From contig NZ_CP018477.1 in the NCBI RefSeq assembly GCF_002277955.1, positions 2,003,206 through 2,067,205 on the forward strand: DNA of 64,000 nt. Direction: 5' to 3'. The position numbers and the translations under genes are program-made. Below are positions 1 to 9,871 of the stretch, one piece after another. Positions within the stretch are counted from its first letter, which is position 1, and every line of letters starts with the position of its first letter. The DNA comes from Thermogutta terrifontis (GTDB lineage: Bacteria > Planctomycetota > Planctomycetia > Pirellulales > Thermoguttaceae). The notes beneath the pieces are model-generated. The model searched no databases and was not told the DNA's origin. It saw nothing but the letters and a program-made list of their open reading frames with translations.

Positions 1-453
1 ATATCGGCCCTGCAAACAAAGCTTTCTCCTGGTGCTCCCAATAAGCCTTATGAGGTGTTCACTCCGGTTTCTGCTTCTACTTTAAACCCCTGTCCCCTGC
101 CCCATCTGGGGCCATTGTTCGCACCACCAGTGTGGGGGTCGCCGTGACTGGAAACAACCAACGTCTCACACGCCGGCAATTCGCCGCGCGCAGCACAGCA
201 ACACCATCCCGGGGGCGTGTTTCCTTGCTATTTCCGAACTGCTCCTCCGGCCCCCATTTTCTGCCTTCGGTCGACGCTCCCCAACCTCCCATTTTATGTT
301 AGACCGTGCCTGCAAGTCCCGAAAGACAGAGCTGTCGGACCAAAACGAGCCGCAGTATCCGATTGTCCCGAGGGCGGACGCCCCTCAGTGGGGATTATCT
401 TCCTGCAAAGGGGAAAACGTTGGATCGCTTGCCCAAATTAGGGGGAGCGTTTC

Positions 454-1173
454 TCACGGCTCGACTTGCGATGGCTGGCTGGCTTGGTGGGGCTGAATCC
501 GATAACCAACACCACGGACTGTCTCCACCATTTTTCCCGCTTCCCCCAGTTTCTTGCGGAGAGACGCAATGTGCACGTCCACGGCCCGATCGGTTGTCAC
601 GAAGGGCTCTCCGTGAACCAGTTCGGCGATTTCCGTTCGCGAAAGTACCCGACCAGCACGGCTGGCGAGAATATCGAGTATTTCAAACTCCGTCCGCGTC
701 AGTTGGATCGACCTATCCCGCACACGCACTTCCCGTCGGGATCTATCGATCGTGATTTCCCCAACGGAATAGCATTCTTCGTCCTGCTCTTTGTCAGGCG
801 TCTTTCGTCTGAGAACAGCGCGAATTCGAGCGATCAACACCTTTGGACTGAATGGCTTAGGAATGTAGTCATCAGCCCCGGTTTCTAATCCCGTCACGAT
901 GGCCTGATCCTCTCCTCGAGCTGTGAGCATGATGACGGGAATATTCGCTGTATCGGGCTGACTTTTTAAGCGACGACAGAATGTGAGGCCGTCCATCCCC
1001 GGCAGCATCAGGTCCAGAATGACGATGTCGATCGGTCTCTGGCTGAGGAAAGACAAAGCTTCCTCGGCCGAATACGCTGAAACCACGGAAAACCCCGCCC
1101 GCGTGAGGTTGTACTGAAGAAGTTCCTGGATGCGAGTGTCATCTTCAACGACCAGAATCTGACAAGTGCTCAT
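454..1173 (-). CDS. OmpR/PhoB-family two-component response regulator (receiver + winged-helix DNA-binding domain)
   Basis: N-terminal receiver motifs (VVEDD, DIVILDLMLPGMDG, phospho-acceptor Asp, KP motif) and a C-terminal trans_reg_C-like winged helix (LTRTEFEILDIL ... RGVGYR). No histidine kinase is adjacent. Confidence 0.85.
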   Translation of the reverse strand: MSTCQILVVEDDTRIQELLQYNLTRAGFSVVSAYSAEEALSFLSQRPIDIVILDLMLPGMDGLTFCRRLKSQPDTANIPVIMLTARGEDQAIVTGLETGADDYIPKPFSPKVLIARIRAVLRRKTPDKEQDEECYSVGEITIDRSRREVRVRDRSIQLTRTEFEILDILASRAGRVLSRTEIAELVHGEPFVTTDRAVDVHIASLRKKLGEAGKMVETVRGVGYRIQPHQASQPSQVEP

Positions 1174-1519
1174 GCATCATTTCCCCATGCACAGTCCCGC
1201 CAGCAAAAAAACGATCGAAAAGAGGCGTCGTGCGCTGAGCGCTCCACCCTCTGAGTTCCGTTATTTTATCGAGCTGTAACAGCTCAAGTACTGGCGCACG
1301 GACATGCTCTGGGTCAAAGTCCTCCTTCTGAAGATCGATCTTCCTGTTTTACGTTATTCCTCCCCCCTTCCGCTGACTGATCCCCAGAAAAGCCGGACAG
1401 GGTTACAGCCTTCTCATCTTGTCAACAAGACAAACGAGCGGGAAATACTCCTTCGGCCTGCCGGCCTTTTCTAGGATTCTCGTGTCTCATCGCATCACCG
1501 CAGTTACGGGAAGAACGGG

Positions 1520-2002
1520 TCACTGGGAATCAGCAAGCTCAAACACGGCCTCGATCTCCACTGCAGCACCTAAAGGAAGCGTGGGAGTTCCAAAAGCGGT
1601 ACGCACGCCGATGCCGCCATCGTTTCCAAATACCTCTGCGAAAAGTTGGCTGCACCCGTTAATAACTGACGGTTGTCCGTGGAATCCGGGAGCCGATTGA
1701 ACAAGACCGGTGAGCTTGATCAGTCGTTTCACTTTATCAAGGCTGCCTAGATAACTTCTCACGGAAGCAAGAATTCCCAATCCCGCCCAAACGGCGGCCT
1801 CTCGCCCTTTATCCTCCGTCATGTCCGCACCCACGGTTCCCCGGATTAACTCGCCGGTGTCAGTGACGGGCAGGTGGCCCGAGGTCCACAGCCAGGTGCT
1901 GGTCTGGACAACGGGCCGGTATAAACCTTTTGGCTCCGGCGGGGAGGGAAGCCGAAGGCCATTTTTTTCCAACCACAGTTGCAGCCGCTCTTCGTGGGTC
2001 AT
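1520..2002 (-). CDS. RidA/YjgF/TdcF-family enamine/imine deaminase-like protein
   Basis: 160 aa. Conserved YjgF-family C-terminal core (GxPARxAVEVxAL-like: PLGAAVEIEAVFEL) and overall chorismate-mutase-like pattern. Confidence 0.65.
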   Translation of the reverse strand: MTHEERLQLWLEKNGLRLPSPPEPKGLYRPVVQTSTWLWTSGHLPVTDTGELIRGTVGADMTEDKGREAAVWAGLGILASVRSYLGSLDKVKRLIKLTGLVQSAPGFHGQPSVINGCSQLFAEVFGNDGGIGVRTAFGTPTLPLGAAVEIEAVFELADSQ

Positions 2003-2050
2003 GGTGTGATGTAGGACGAAATTCTCGGTTTCAAGTCGAGGCGTTCCGGG

Positions 2051-2935
2051 TTAGTCGATCAGCTTGGTGATGGGTTGTTCCACAATCCCCTGCGCGCCTG
2101 CCGCCTTAAGCCGCGGGATGATCTGTCGCACGACGCTTTCGTCGCAAACGGTGATGACCGCCACCCAATCGGGATCAGAAAGGTCGGCCACCGTCGGTTT
2201 TTGCAGGGCCGGCAAGATCGCCACTACCTGTGACAGCTTGTTTCGCGGAACATTCATCATCAGGCTGACCTTGCCCTCAGCCGCCATCGCACCCTTAAGC
2301 ATGAGTACGATGTCCTCGATCTTCTGCCGCTTCCAGGGGTCCTGATAGGCAGCCCGGTTGGCAATAAACCGCGGCGTGCTGACTAGAACTTCCTCCAGAA
2401 TCCGCAGATTATTGGCGCGCAGGGAACTACCCGTTTCTGTCACTTCCACGATGGCATCCGCCAACCGTGGGGGTTTAACCTCGGTGGCTCCCCAACTGAA
2501 TTCCACTTTTGCCTTCACCCCGTGACGAGCAAGAAACTGCTCGGTGATGCCCACTGCTTCGGTGGCGATGCGTTTGCCTTCCAAATCTTTCACCGACTGA
2601 ATGGGAGAGTCCTCGGGAACGGCCAGAACCCATCGGACCGGTCGGCGGGAAACTTTGGAAAATACCAACTCCGCAACTTCCACGACATCCGCTTTCGTCT
2701 CGATGATCCAGTCGTAGCCCGTCAGTCCCGCGTCAAGGACGCCGTCCTGAACGTATCGGGCCATCTCCTGGGCTCGGATAAGAACGCACTCAATCTCCGG
2801 ATCGTCAATCGCCGGGTAATAACTCCGATTCGTGTAAGTAATTTTGTAACCGGCACGACGAAACAAATCGGCCGTGGCTTCCTGAAGGCTACCGGCCGGT
2901 AAACCCAGACGCAATACTTGTCCAGACTCAGACAT
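2051..2935 (-). CDS. hisG: ATP phosphoribosyltransferase, long form with C-terminal regulatory domain
   Basis: [24 protein letters not shown]-terminus, catalytic core, and the C-terminal HisG_C regulatory domain. The track ORF begins at an upstream GTG (2947). The ATG at 2935 (MSESGQ) is preceded by GAGGTG/GAAGGA. Confidence 0.9.
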   Translation of the reverse strand: MSESGQVLRLGLPAGSLQEATADLFRRAGYKITYTNRSYYPAIDDPEIECVLIRAQEMARYVQDGVLDAGLTGYDWIIETKADVVEVAELVFSKVSRRPVRWVLAVPEDSPIQSVKDLEGKRIATEAVGITEQFLARHGVKAKVEFSWGATEVKPPRLADAIVEVTETGSSLRANNLRILEEVLVSTPRFIANRAAYQDPWKRQKIEDIVLMLKGAMAAEGKVSLMMNVPRNKLSQVVAILPALQKPTVADLSDPDWVAVITVCDESVVRQIIPRLKAAGAQGIVEQPITKLID

Positions 2936-3017
2936 TCCTTCGTTCACCTCGCAGAATGAGCGTTGTTAAAGCTTTGAACCGTGCGAAACTATGCGAATAC
3001 GGCTTGACCACACACAT

Positions 3018-3443
3018 TCAGGATTTCTGACCGTAAACCTTTTGCGGATCGAAAACCGGCTCGCCCACCGGTTTCAGACCATTGGGAGTGAGTTGTCGAT
3101 AAAAACAGGAGCGATAGCCGGTATGACACGCTGCCCCACCCACTTGCTCGACTTTGAGAAGGATTGCGTCATTATCGCAATCAATGAAGATTTCCTTGAC
3201 GATTTGCACGTGCCCGCTCTCTTCCCCTTTGCGCCACAGCTTGTTTCGGCTCCGGCTGAAATAAACCGCCCGGCCGGTGGCCACCGTCTCGGCAAAACTT
3301 TCCGCGTTCATATACGCGAGCATGAGGACTTCACCAGTCACGGCGTCCTGGGCGATGGCCGGAAGAATACCCCCGCCGCGACTGAAATCCGGGCCGGCCG
3401 GTGGGATCGAATCTGTAGAAGTGGAAGTTTTATCGCTCATCAC
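3018..3443 (-). CDS. hisI: phosphoribosyl-AMP cyclohydrolase (monofunctional, no HisE fusion)
   Basis: 141 aa. Conserved HisI core ([29 protein letters not shown]) with the Zn/Mg-binding Cys/His pattern. Confidence 0.9.
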   Translation of the reverse strand: MMSDKTSTSTDSIPPAGPDFSRGGGILPAIAQDAVTGEVLMLAYMNAESFAETVATGRAVYFSRSRNKLWRKGEESGHVQIVKEIFIDCDNDAILLKVEQVGGAACHTGYRSCFYRQLTPNGLKPVGEPVFDPQKVYGQKS

Positions 3444-3774
3444 GTTATTTCCTCAAAGAATCTGGTTGCGAAACGTCACGACCTTGCCATTAGGTTCGAC
3501 CCAAGCATGCCCGAGGAACCGTGTCAACGGCCTGAACTTTCACGGGGGCTCTGAACGCCATCAAAACCCCCGGAGTCGCTCACGCCGTGCTCCGTCGACC
3601 CAGCCGGTGGGACTCCCTGGGCAGCAAACTAATTATTTTACCGGCCTTCACTCTGCCGATAACCGCCGCTCCGCGAAATCACTGGACCCCCCGCCCAAAC
3701 TGTTTTGCCGGAGATACGCCGTTATAAAGGCATGAGCTGGTTGCTCGTCGGCTACGGTAAAGGGAGTCCCGCGT

Positions 3775-6699
3775 TCACTGGCTGTCAAGGGATTCTTTGA
3801 TGTCCCCTCGCCGGACGGGGATAATATCGCTCTCAAATACACCCTGAATCCCCTCGACTGAGTTGTTTTCCAACGTGCACAAAGTCTGCGGACTGTCAAT
3901 TTGAAAAGCGACACGCTCCCCAGCCCGATTGTTCACAGGATACCAGAAGTACACGTGATTGCGGCGCAACACGACCCCCTCAACGGAGGAGGCTAACCGA
4001 AATCCGCAGAGAGCATCCCGCACCAAATTGAACTCGGCTATCGTACCCATGACAGCCGCAAGGCCCGAGTCTTCGCCATCCCTTCGGTTTCCCATGACCA
4101 AAACGCCATCGGTGCGGCTTTTGACGCAACCGTTGTGGCGGAGAACATTCCCGAGAGCGTGGGGGAAGAGAAGCGGCAAATCGGCTCGCTCGCCGGTTGT
4201 AAGCAGGATGCCGCAGCTCGTCTCGTCCGCCTGAGTTCCCTCCACATGGTTGAAAAACAGGGGACCAATCCCCCGGTTCCACGTCATGGGCATGGAAGAG
4301 GCCAGTGTGGTACAGGTGCCATACAAGAAGACTGCCGGTTTTCTTTGCCGGGCCACTTCATTCCCCGACACAATGTTCCCGATGCAGGAGATCCAGAGCT
4401 GAATCCCGGTCATGCCGTTGACTGTCCGATTGTTGACGATGTGGTTTTCGAAAAATGCGGTGGAAATCACCACCCGGCTACCCGGCGGTGGAACGACTCG
4501 CCACGGCGAGGCCAGACGGTAGGTCGTTTGATCGCGGGCGACAATCCGCCGGGTCTGGCCCCAACCGGGACCGTCAAGCACGATAACATAATATTCTGTG
4601 AGCACCGGCTCCCGATCGTTCTCTTTCTCCGGTGGCCAATACGGTGTTTCCCGGCCTTTATCATCACGCGGAAGATCCTCGCGTTTGACGTCGCCCAACC
4701 ATTCTTGTGGTGTGTCCTTTACGAAGGATGGTAACGTCACTCGATCAACGTCCGCGCCCGCAATCGGGCCGAAATACGCCACGCGCTGGCAGGCTTCAAA
4801 AAGAATCATCTCGCCCACGTTCTGGTCGGTTCCCGCAACCCCTCCGAAGACTGCCCGCTCCTCACGGTTCCCCGCGATCCAGTTGTGCGTGACGGAGCCC
4901 CGCCCGGTGGATAGCCAGATCATGCGTCGCCCCGTGGGGCCACCTCCTTCACTCCCCGGTGGAACGGCGCAGACATTGCCTTCGATGATGCACTCCTCCA
5001 CTGGCTCATTTCGGCCGTTAATGTAACCCTCTGCATTCCCGCCCCAAAGTGTGACGCTGACCAGGCGATTCTCGGAGAGGTCGCACTGCCTCACCCCCGA
5101 TAGAAAGAGGGGAGATCGGGCCCACAACTCGCAGCCTTTGACCACGGCACCGAACGCATGAAACAGCCGGACCCCACAGTTCTCAGCCTGTTTTCCTTGA
5201 CAATCCCGCATCTCGACGTTTTCCATGCGGCAGTTGTAAATCCATTGAGGAAACTCGGGATGACGAACGACAATCCCCAGGTTGGTCTGGATACTTCCCA
5301 ACACCGTCAGATTACGCACGGAAGCGCCGTCACCGGCCAGCCACACGCACGCCTTTTCGGCACCAGGTAAGCTTCCCTCCTTGGTTTGAAAGTCAACCAC
5401 GTCTTCTCCCTGGAGCACGACCAGGTGCGGCCCGGAGACGGGAAATTCGCCTTCCTGGGGTTGCCAGGACGGATCATCCGTGAAGACAAACGCGTCGATG
5501 TGAATCCCGCCTCCCTGTTCGTTTTTCCATTTGAGGACATGTTCTCCCGCGGACGCCGTGAGTGTAGCGGAAAGACTCCATCGGAACGTGCCGAAACTTC
5601 CCGTGTTCGGCAGATTCTCCAGACGAACGGGAGGATTGTCGTCGAGAGTGAGCGTCATTCTGCCCGAGACTCCCGGCTGTCCCCAGGGCGACATGTCCGT
5701 GGCGTAGCGCAACCACACGTGCCAGTCGCCCGCCCGAGGGAATGTCACCTTGTACACCATGGTGTCGCCGGGAGTGTGAACCGCGGCAGGCCCCTGATTC
5801 CACGCACTGCCCTGAAATTGGGCGAACTTGACGGCGGGGCTTGACGGTGCTTGAAGGATCGTCCGGCCCTTCCCTTGCCCATTCACAGTCACCCCAGCGG
5901 GAATCACCAAGGTTCCAGAAAGCGTGTATCGGCCCGCCGGTAACGTCAGGATGCCTCCGCCTTGCGCACCCAAAGCATTGACTGCGGCCTGAATGTCTGT
6001 CCCGGTAAGCTGTATCCCTGTTTGGGCTGGTGCCTGTGCCTGCACCTGAATGGTTATTGGATCGCTCCATCCCCACTGTCCCCCGGCACCGGCGTGAATT
6101 CGAAGTTGATACCGCCCCGGGGCAAGATCATCGGGCAGACGGAGTGTGGCCGAGTATTTCCCCGAAGACAACGAAGGCAACCACGACCCACTTCCCGATT
6201 CGGACTCAAGATAGGCGAACACTTCTGCAAAATGGGGTCGCCTGCCGATGTTCCGGCCAAACACCCGCACGGTGCCGCCGGGAGTGCACGTGCGGGGATA
6301 ACACCACCACAATTGTGGGCGGTTGAGAACCAAAGGCTGCGATCGGCCATTGGCATTTTCAACCCATACCACGAACGGCCCATCATAGGCGCGTTCGGGG
6401 ATTGTGGCGGCCAACATCTTGCCAGTGCAAAACTGAATTTTGGGACGAATTTCCGCTCCATCTTCCCGATTGGGGCTCAATCCCCACATAAAAACGTTTT
6501 CGGTAAGGCCTTCGCCAACCAGCAGGAAGGTTTCGTCCGGACCTGCATCATCCGTCCACGAGGAAATGACAGGCACGCCCGGGCCCGACTTGCCTTCGGG
6601 CACCCTGTACGCTGGCCCCGGCGGTGGAGGCAACTCCGCCGGTAAAGGAAACGATATTCCAGCAAAGAAAAATGCCAGCAGGATCGAGAATCGTGCCAT
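3775..6699 (-). CDS. large secreted parallel beta-helix repeat protein (putative glycan-active enzyme)
   Basis: Start re-assigned to ATG 6699 (MARFSILLAFFFAGISFPLPA signal peptide). The track ORF extends to 6789. C-terminal half carries repeated PbH1-like beta-helix rungs (NHIVNNRTVNGMTGIQL, IVSGNEV, VLRHNGCV, LRRNHVYF). N-terminal half is beta-sandwich-like. Confidence 0.5.
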   Translation of the reverse strand: MARFSILLAFFFAGISFPLPAELPPPPGPAYRVPEGKSGPGVPVISSWTDDAGPDETFLLVGEGLTENVFMWGLSPNREDGAEIRPKIQFCTGKMLAATIPERAYDGPFVVWVENANGRSQPLVLNRPQLWWCYPRTCTPGGTVRVFGRNIGRRPHFAEVFAYLESESGSGSWLPSLSSGKYSATLRLPDDLAPGRYQLRIHAGAGGQWGWSDPITIQVQAQAPAQTGIQLTGTDIQAAVNALGAQGGGILTLPAGRYTLSGTLVIPAGVTVNGQGKGRTILQAPSSPAVKFAQFQGSAWNQGPAAVHTPGDTMVYKVTFPRAGDWHVWLRYATDMSPWGQPGVSGRMTLTLDDNPPVRLENLPNTGSFGTFRWSLSATLTASAGEHVLKWKNEQGGGIHIDAFVFTDDPSWQPQEGEFPVSGPHLVVLQGEDVVDFQTKEGSLPGAEKACVWLAGDGASVRNLTVLGSIQTNLGIVVRHPEFPQWIYNCRMENVEMRDCQGKQAENCGVRLFHAFGAVVKGCELWARSPLFLSGVRQCDLSENRLVSVTLWGGNAEGYINGRNEPVEECIIEGNVCAVPPGSEGGGPTGRRMIWLSTGRGSVTHNWIAGNREERAVFGGVAGTDQNVGEMILFEACQRVAYFGPIAGADVDRVTLPSFVKDTPQEWLGDVKREDLPRDDKGRETPYWPPEKENDREPVLTEYYVIVLDGPGWGQTRRIVARDQTTYRLASPWRVVPPPGSRVVISTAFFENHIVNNRTVNGMTGIQLWISCIGNIVSGNEVARQRKPAVFLYGTCTTLASSMPMTWNRGIGPLFFNHVEGTQADETSCGILLTTGERADLPLLFPHALGNVLRHNGCVKSRTDGVLVMGNRRDGEDSGLAAVMGTIAEFNLVRDALCGFRLASSVEGVVLRRNHVYFWYPVNNRAGERVAFQIDSPQTLCTLENNSVEGIQGVFESDIIPVRRGDIKESLDSQ

Positions 6700-6855
6700 G
6701 GCAGGATTTCGGTGCGGTCGTGTGCGAGTACGAATGTTCACAGCCTCTGGAATGACGATCATTATTTCTGGAATGATGGAGTGTTGCAATGATTTTCTGC
6801 CGATAGTATGCGACTTTAGGGCAAAAGCTATTGACGGGACTGGCTGGGCCCCACT

Positions 6856-8784
6856 TCAGCCATTCAGCTCCATCGCTTCCTCCCAGTGTGCATACAACGA
6901 TTGAAGTTTTTGCTCCAATTCTTCAAGCTCCTGTTTGAGCCGCTTCACCCGATCGCCGTGGCGATACGTTTCCGGCTCGCTGAGTTCGCGGTGAATCTCT
7001 TCGCGGCGGGCCTCGTGCTGGAGAATGTCCGCCTCGATATCCTCCACTTTGCGATAGGGGAATCGTCTCTTTCGCTTTCCTGAACCTTCGCCGCGATCGT
7101 CAGCGCGTTTGCTGGGCCTCCTGACTTGGGATTCGTCTGGAGCCGTGTCCTTTATCTTTTGTGCGGACTCCGCACGTCGGGCATCCGCGAGGGCCTGGTA
7201 CATTGCGTAATTTCCATGGATCACCCGCACCTCGGCCCCCTCGAAAACGAGGAGGTGATCAGCCACCTGATCGATAAAATAGCGGTCGTGACTGACGAAG
7301 AGAACGGTGCCGTCAAAGCGGCGTAGCGCCTGTTCAAGGGCATCGCGTGCCCAGAGGTCGAGGTGGTTGGTCGGCTCATCCAGAACGAGAAAATTCGCTT
7401 TGGCCGCGGTCAGTCGCGCAAGTGCCACTCGACAGCGTTCACCCCCGCTCAGGTTCCGGACGGGCGTGAGGGCACGGTCCCCTGTGATACCGAATTTTGC
7501 GAGAAGATCTCGACGCTTTTGCTCGACCAGGTCGTCACCGACGATTGAAGTGGGGAGAACCGCGTCCATGGCGGGTAGATCGGGAGGTAGACATGTCAGA
7601 TGCTGGTCGAAATAGCCCACTATGACATTGTGCCCTCGAATGACACGCCCCTCATCGGGCTCGACTTCTCCGAGCAGGCACTTCAGGAGAGTACTCTTGC
7701 CGCATCCGTTAGGGCCCAGGATACCCCATCGCTGACCACGCGCGATTTCAAAGGTAAGTCCCTTAAAAAGCGGCCGTCCAAAACTCTTGCCGAGGTTTTC
7801 GACTCTCAGCACGATATCGCCGCTTCGTTCTGCAGCGGGAAACTGGATCGGCGGCGCGGTGATTTCCCGCGGCGGTTCAACAAGCTCAATCCGTTCCAGC
7901 TTTTTGCGGCGATCCTGAGCCTGAGCTGCCTTCTGGCCGTAGTGATGGCGCCGGATGAACTCCTCTGCCTTTTCAATTTCTTCGAGTTGCTTCTCGTAAG
8001 TCCGCCGGGCGACCAGAAGCCGTTCCTCTTTTTGACGACGGTAGGCAGAAAAATTACCTGGAAATGTCTCCACCGTTCCGCGAAAAAGTTCCAGTGTCCG
8101 AGTTGTAACCTTGTCGAGAAAGTACCTGTCGTGGGACACGATGATCATTGCGGCACGGTGGTTTGCGAGAAACTCCTCCAGCCAGCGCGTGGCCTCAATG
8201 TCGAGATGGTTGGAGGGCTCGTCGAGGAGCATGAAATCCGGTTCGGAGAGCAGGAGCTTCGCCAGCAAAAGTCGGTTTTGCTCGCCGCCACTCAGTTCGC
8301 AGGCAGGTCGGTCAAAGAAATCAGGCCCCAGCCCCAGACCTACCAGAATTTGCTCGATTTTATGGTCTAGGTGATAAGCGTTGAGCCGGTGGAGTTCTTG
8401 TTGAAGTCGGTCGAATCGGGCTGCCAGTCGGGCACGCTCGTCGGGGCGCTGGATCTCCGCCAGAAGAGCCGCCGTTCTTTCGGCTTCGTGTTGCAACTCG
8501 AGCAAATGTTGCAGAGCACTCTGGGCCTCCTCCCACACGGTGCGGCCGGGCAAAAACTCCGCATGCTGCTCCAGGTATCCCAGACGGATGCCGGTGGTGA
8601 TTTGGCACTCTCCCCCGTCGGGTGATTCGAGACCCGCAATGATTTTCAAGAGTGTCGTCTTGCCCGACCCGTTGGGTCCGACAAGGCCGGCCCGATCTCC
8701 GGCGTAAAGATCAAAGGTGACTCCGTCCAGGACTGGATTGGGACCAAAGTATTTTCGGATGCCTTCAACGTGCAGAACTTGCAT
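6856..8784 (-). CDS. ABC-F family ATPase (two ABC cassettes, no TM domain), Uup/EttA-like with a basic coiled-coil C-terminal tail
   Basis: Two Walker A motifs (GPNGSGKTTLL, GPNGCGKSTLL), two LSGGE signatures (LSGGEQNRLLLAKLL, LSGGERCRVALARL) and an inter-domain linker. About 100-aa charged C-terminal extension. Confidence 0.85.
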   Translation of the reverse strand: MQVLHVEGIRKYFGPNPVLDGVTFDLYAGDRAGLVGPNGSGKTTLLKIIAGLESPDGGECQITTGIRLGYLEQHAEFLPGRTVWEEAQSALQHLLELQHEAERTAALLAEIQRPDERARLAARFDRLQQELHRLNAYHLDHKIEQILVGLGLGPDFFDRPACELSGGEQNRLLLAKLLLSEPDFMLLDEPSNHLDIEATRWLEEFLANHRAAMIIVSHDRYFLDKVTTRTLELFRGTVETFPGNFSAYRRQKEERLLVARRTYEKQLEEIEKAEEFIRRHHYGQKAAQAQDRRKKLERIELVEPPREITAPPIQFPAAERSGDIVLRVENLGKSFGRPLFKGLTFEIARGQRWGILGPNGCGKSTLLKCLLGEVEPDEGRVIRGHNVIVGYFDQHLTCLPPDLPAMDAVLPTSIVGDDLVEQKRRDLLAKFGITGDRALTPVRNLSGGERCRVALARLTAAKANFLVLDEPTNHLDLWARDALEQALRRFDGTVLFVSHDRYFIDQVADHLLVFEGAEVRVIHGNYAMYQALADARRAESAQKIKDTAPDESQVRRPSKRADDRGEGSGKRKRRFPYRKVEDIEADILQHEARREEIHRELSEPETYRHGDRVKRLKQELEELEQKLQSLYAHWEEAMELNG

Positions 8785-8896
8785 GATGACATGGCCAAAC
8801 TGATGCCCTCAGGCGGACATTTCCGGAAGAGCCCCTCTTGAGGCAGTCTGACGCGCCATGAATGAGCGCGGAACGGACAGCGGCTGCCGAAAGTCT

Positions 8897-9679
8897 TTAC
8901 AATCCCACGATATTGTAGCCGCAGTCCACGTGAAGGATCTCCCCGGTAATTCCGCTTGACATTTCACTGAGGAGGAAAACAGCGGTGGAGGCTAGCTCAT
9001 GGAGGTCCACGTTTCGCCGTAACGGGCTTTTATGTGCGGCGTGCCGCTGCATCTCATCGAATCCCGCGATTCCGGCAGAACTGAGAGTCCGCACCGGTCC
9101 CGCGCTGATGGCGTTGACGCGGATATTTTTCGGCCCCAGGTCCCAGGCCAGATATCGGACACTGTGTTCCAGCGCCGCTTTGCAGACTCCCATGACGTTG
9201 TAGCCGGGCATCACTTTTTCCGCGCCGAAGTAGCTGATCGTCAAAATGGAGCCGCCGCTTTCCATGAGCCCTCGCGCGGCACGGGAAACCGCCACCAGGC
9301 TGTAGGCCGAAATGTCCATCGCGACGTGCCAGCCCTGGCGGGTTGTCTCCACGTAAGGATTCCGCAGCTCGGCTGGTGGCGCAAATGCCACTGCGTGGAC
9401 GACTAAATCGAGCTGGCCGTACTGATCTTCAATCGCCGAAAACACGTTCGCGATGTCGTCATCAGACTGTACGTCGCAGGGTAGAAAGACTTTGGGTTGA
9501 TGGGCCTCGACCAGCCGGCGAACGCGGCGTTCGTTGGATGGACCCGGCAGGTGCGTGTAGGCCAGCTCCGCGCCCTCGCGATGGAGTGCCTCAGCGATGG
9601 CCCAGGCGATGCTCCGGTCGTTGGCCACACCCATGATCAAACCGACTTTGCCACTGAACAATCCCATGGTTGTCAGCAT
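8897..9679 (-). CDS. fabI: enoyl-[acyl-carrier-protein] reductase (NADH), FabI type
   Basis: GLFSGKVGLIMGVANDRSIAW N-terminal Rossmann motif. Y..K catalytic dyad region (SYFGAEKVMPGYNVMGVCKAALE). 260 aa. Confidence 0.9.
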   Translation of the reverse strand: MLTTMGLFSGKVGLIMGVANDRSIAWAIAEALHREGAELAYTHLPGPSNERRVRRLVEAHQPKVFLPCDVQSDDDIANVFSAIEDQYGQLDLVVHAVAFAPPAELRNPYVETTRQGWHVAMDISAYSLVAVSRAARGLMESGGSILTISYFGAEKVMPGYNVMGVCKAALEHSVRYLAWDLGPKNIRVNAISAGPVRTLSSAGIAGFDEMQRHAAHKSPLRRNVDLHELASTAVFLLSEMSSGITGEILHVDCGYNIVGL

Positions 9680-9871
9680 CCCTTACAAATTTCCGGAGTT
9701 GGATACAACTGTCGTACAGCAGGAAAACTCATTCTTCTTTGTCCCTCCGGAAAGCAGGATGTGATCTTTTAAGGAAATCTCCTCGGCCGACAATTATTGC
9801 CCGTTTAAAGAATCTTCGTTGATCGTAGCCTGTTCCGACCGGAAGCGGCCCGCTGTTGCATTTCACGGTTT

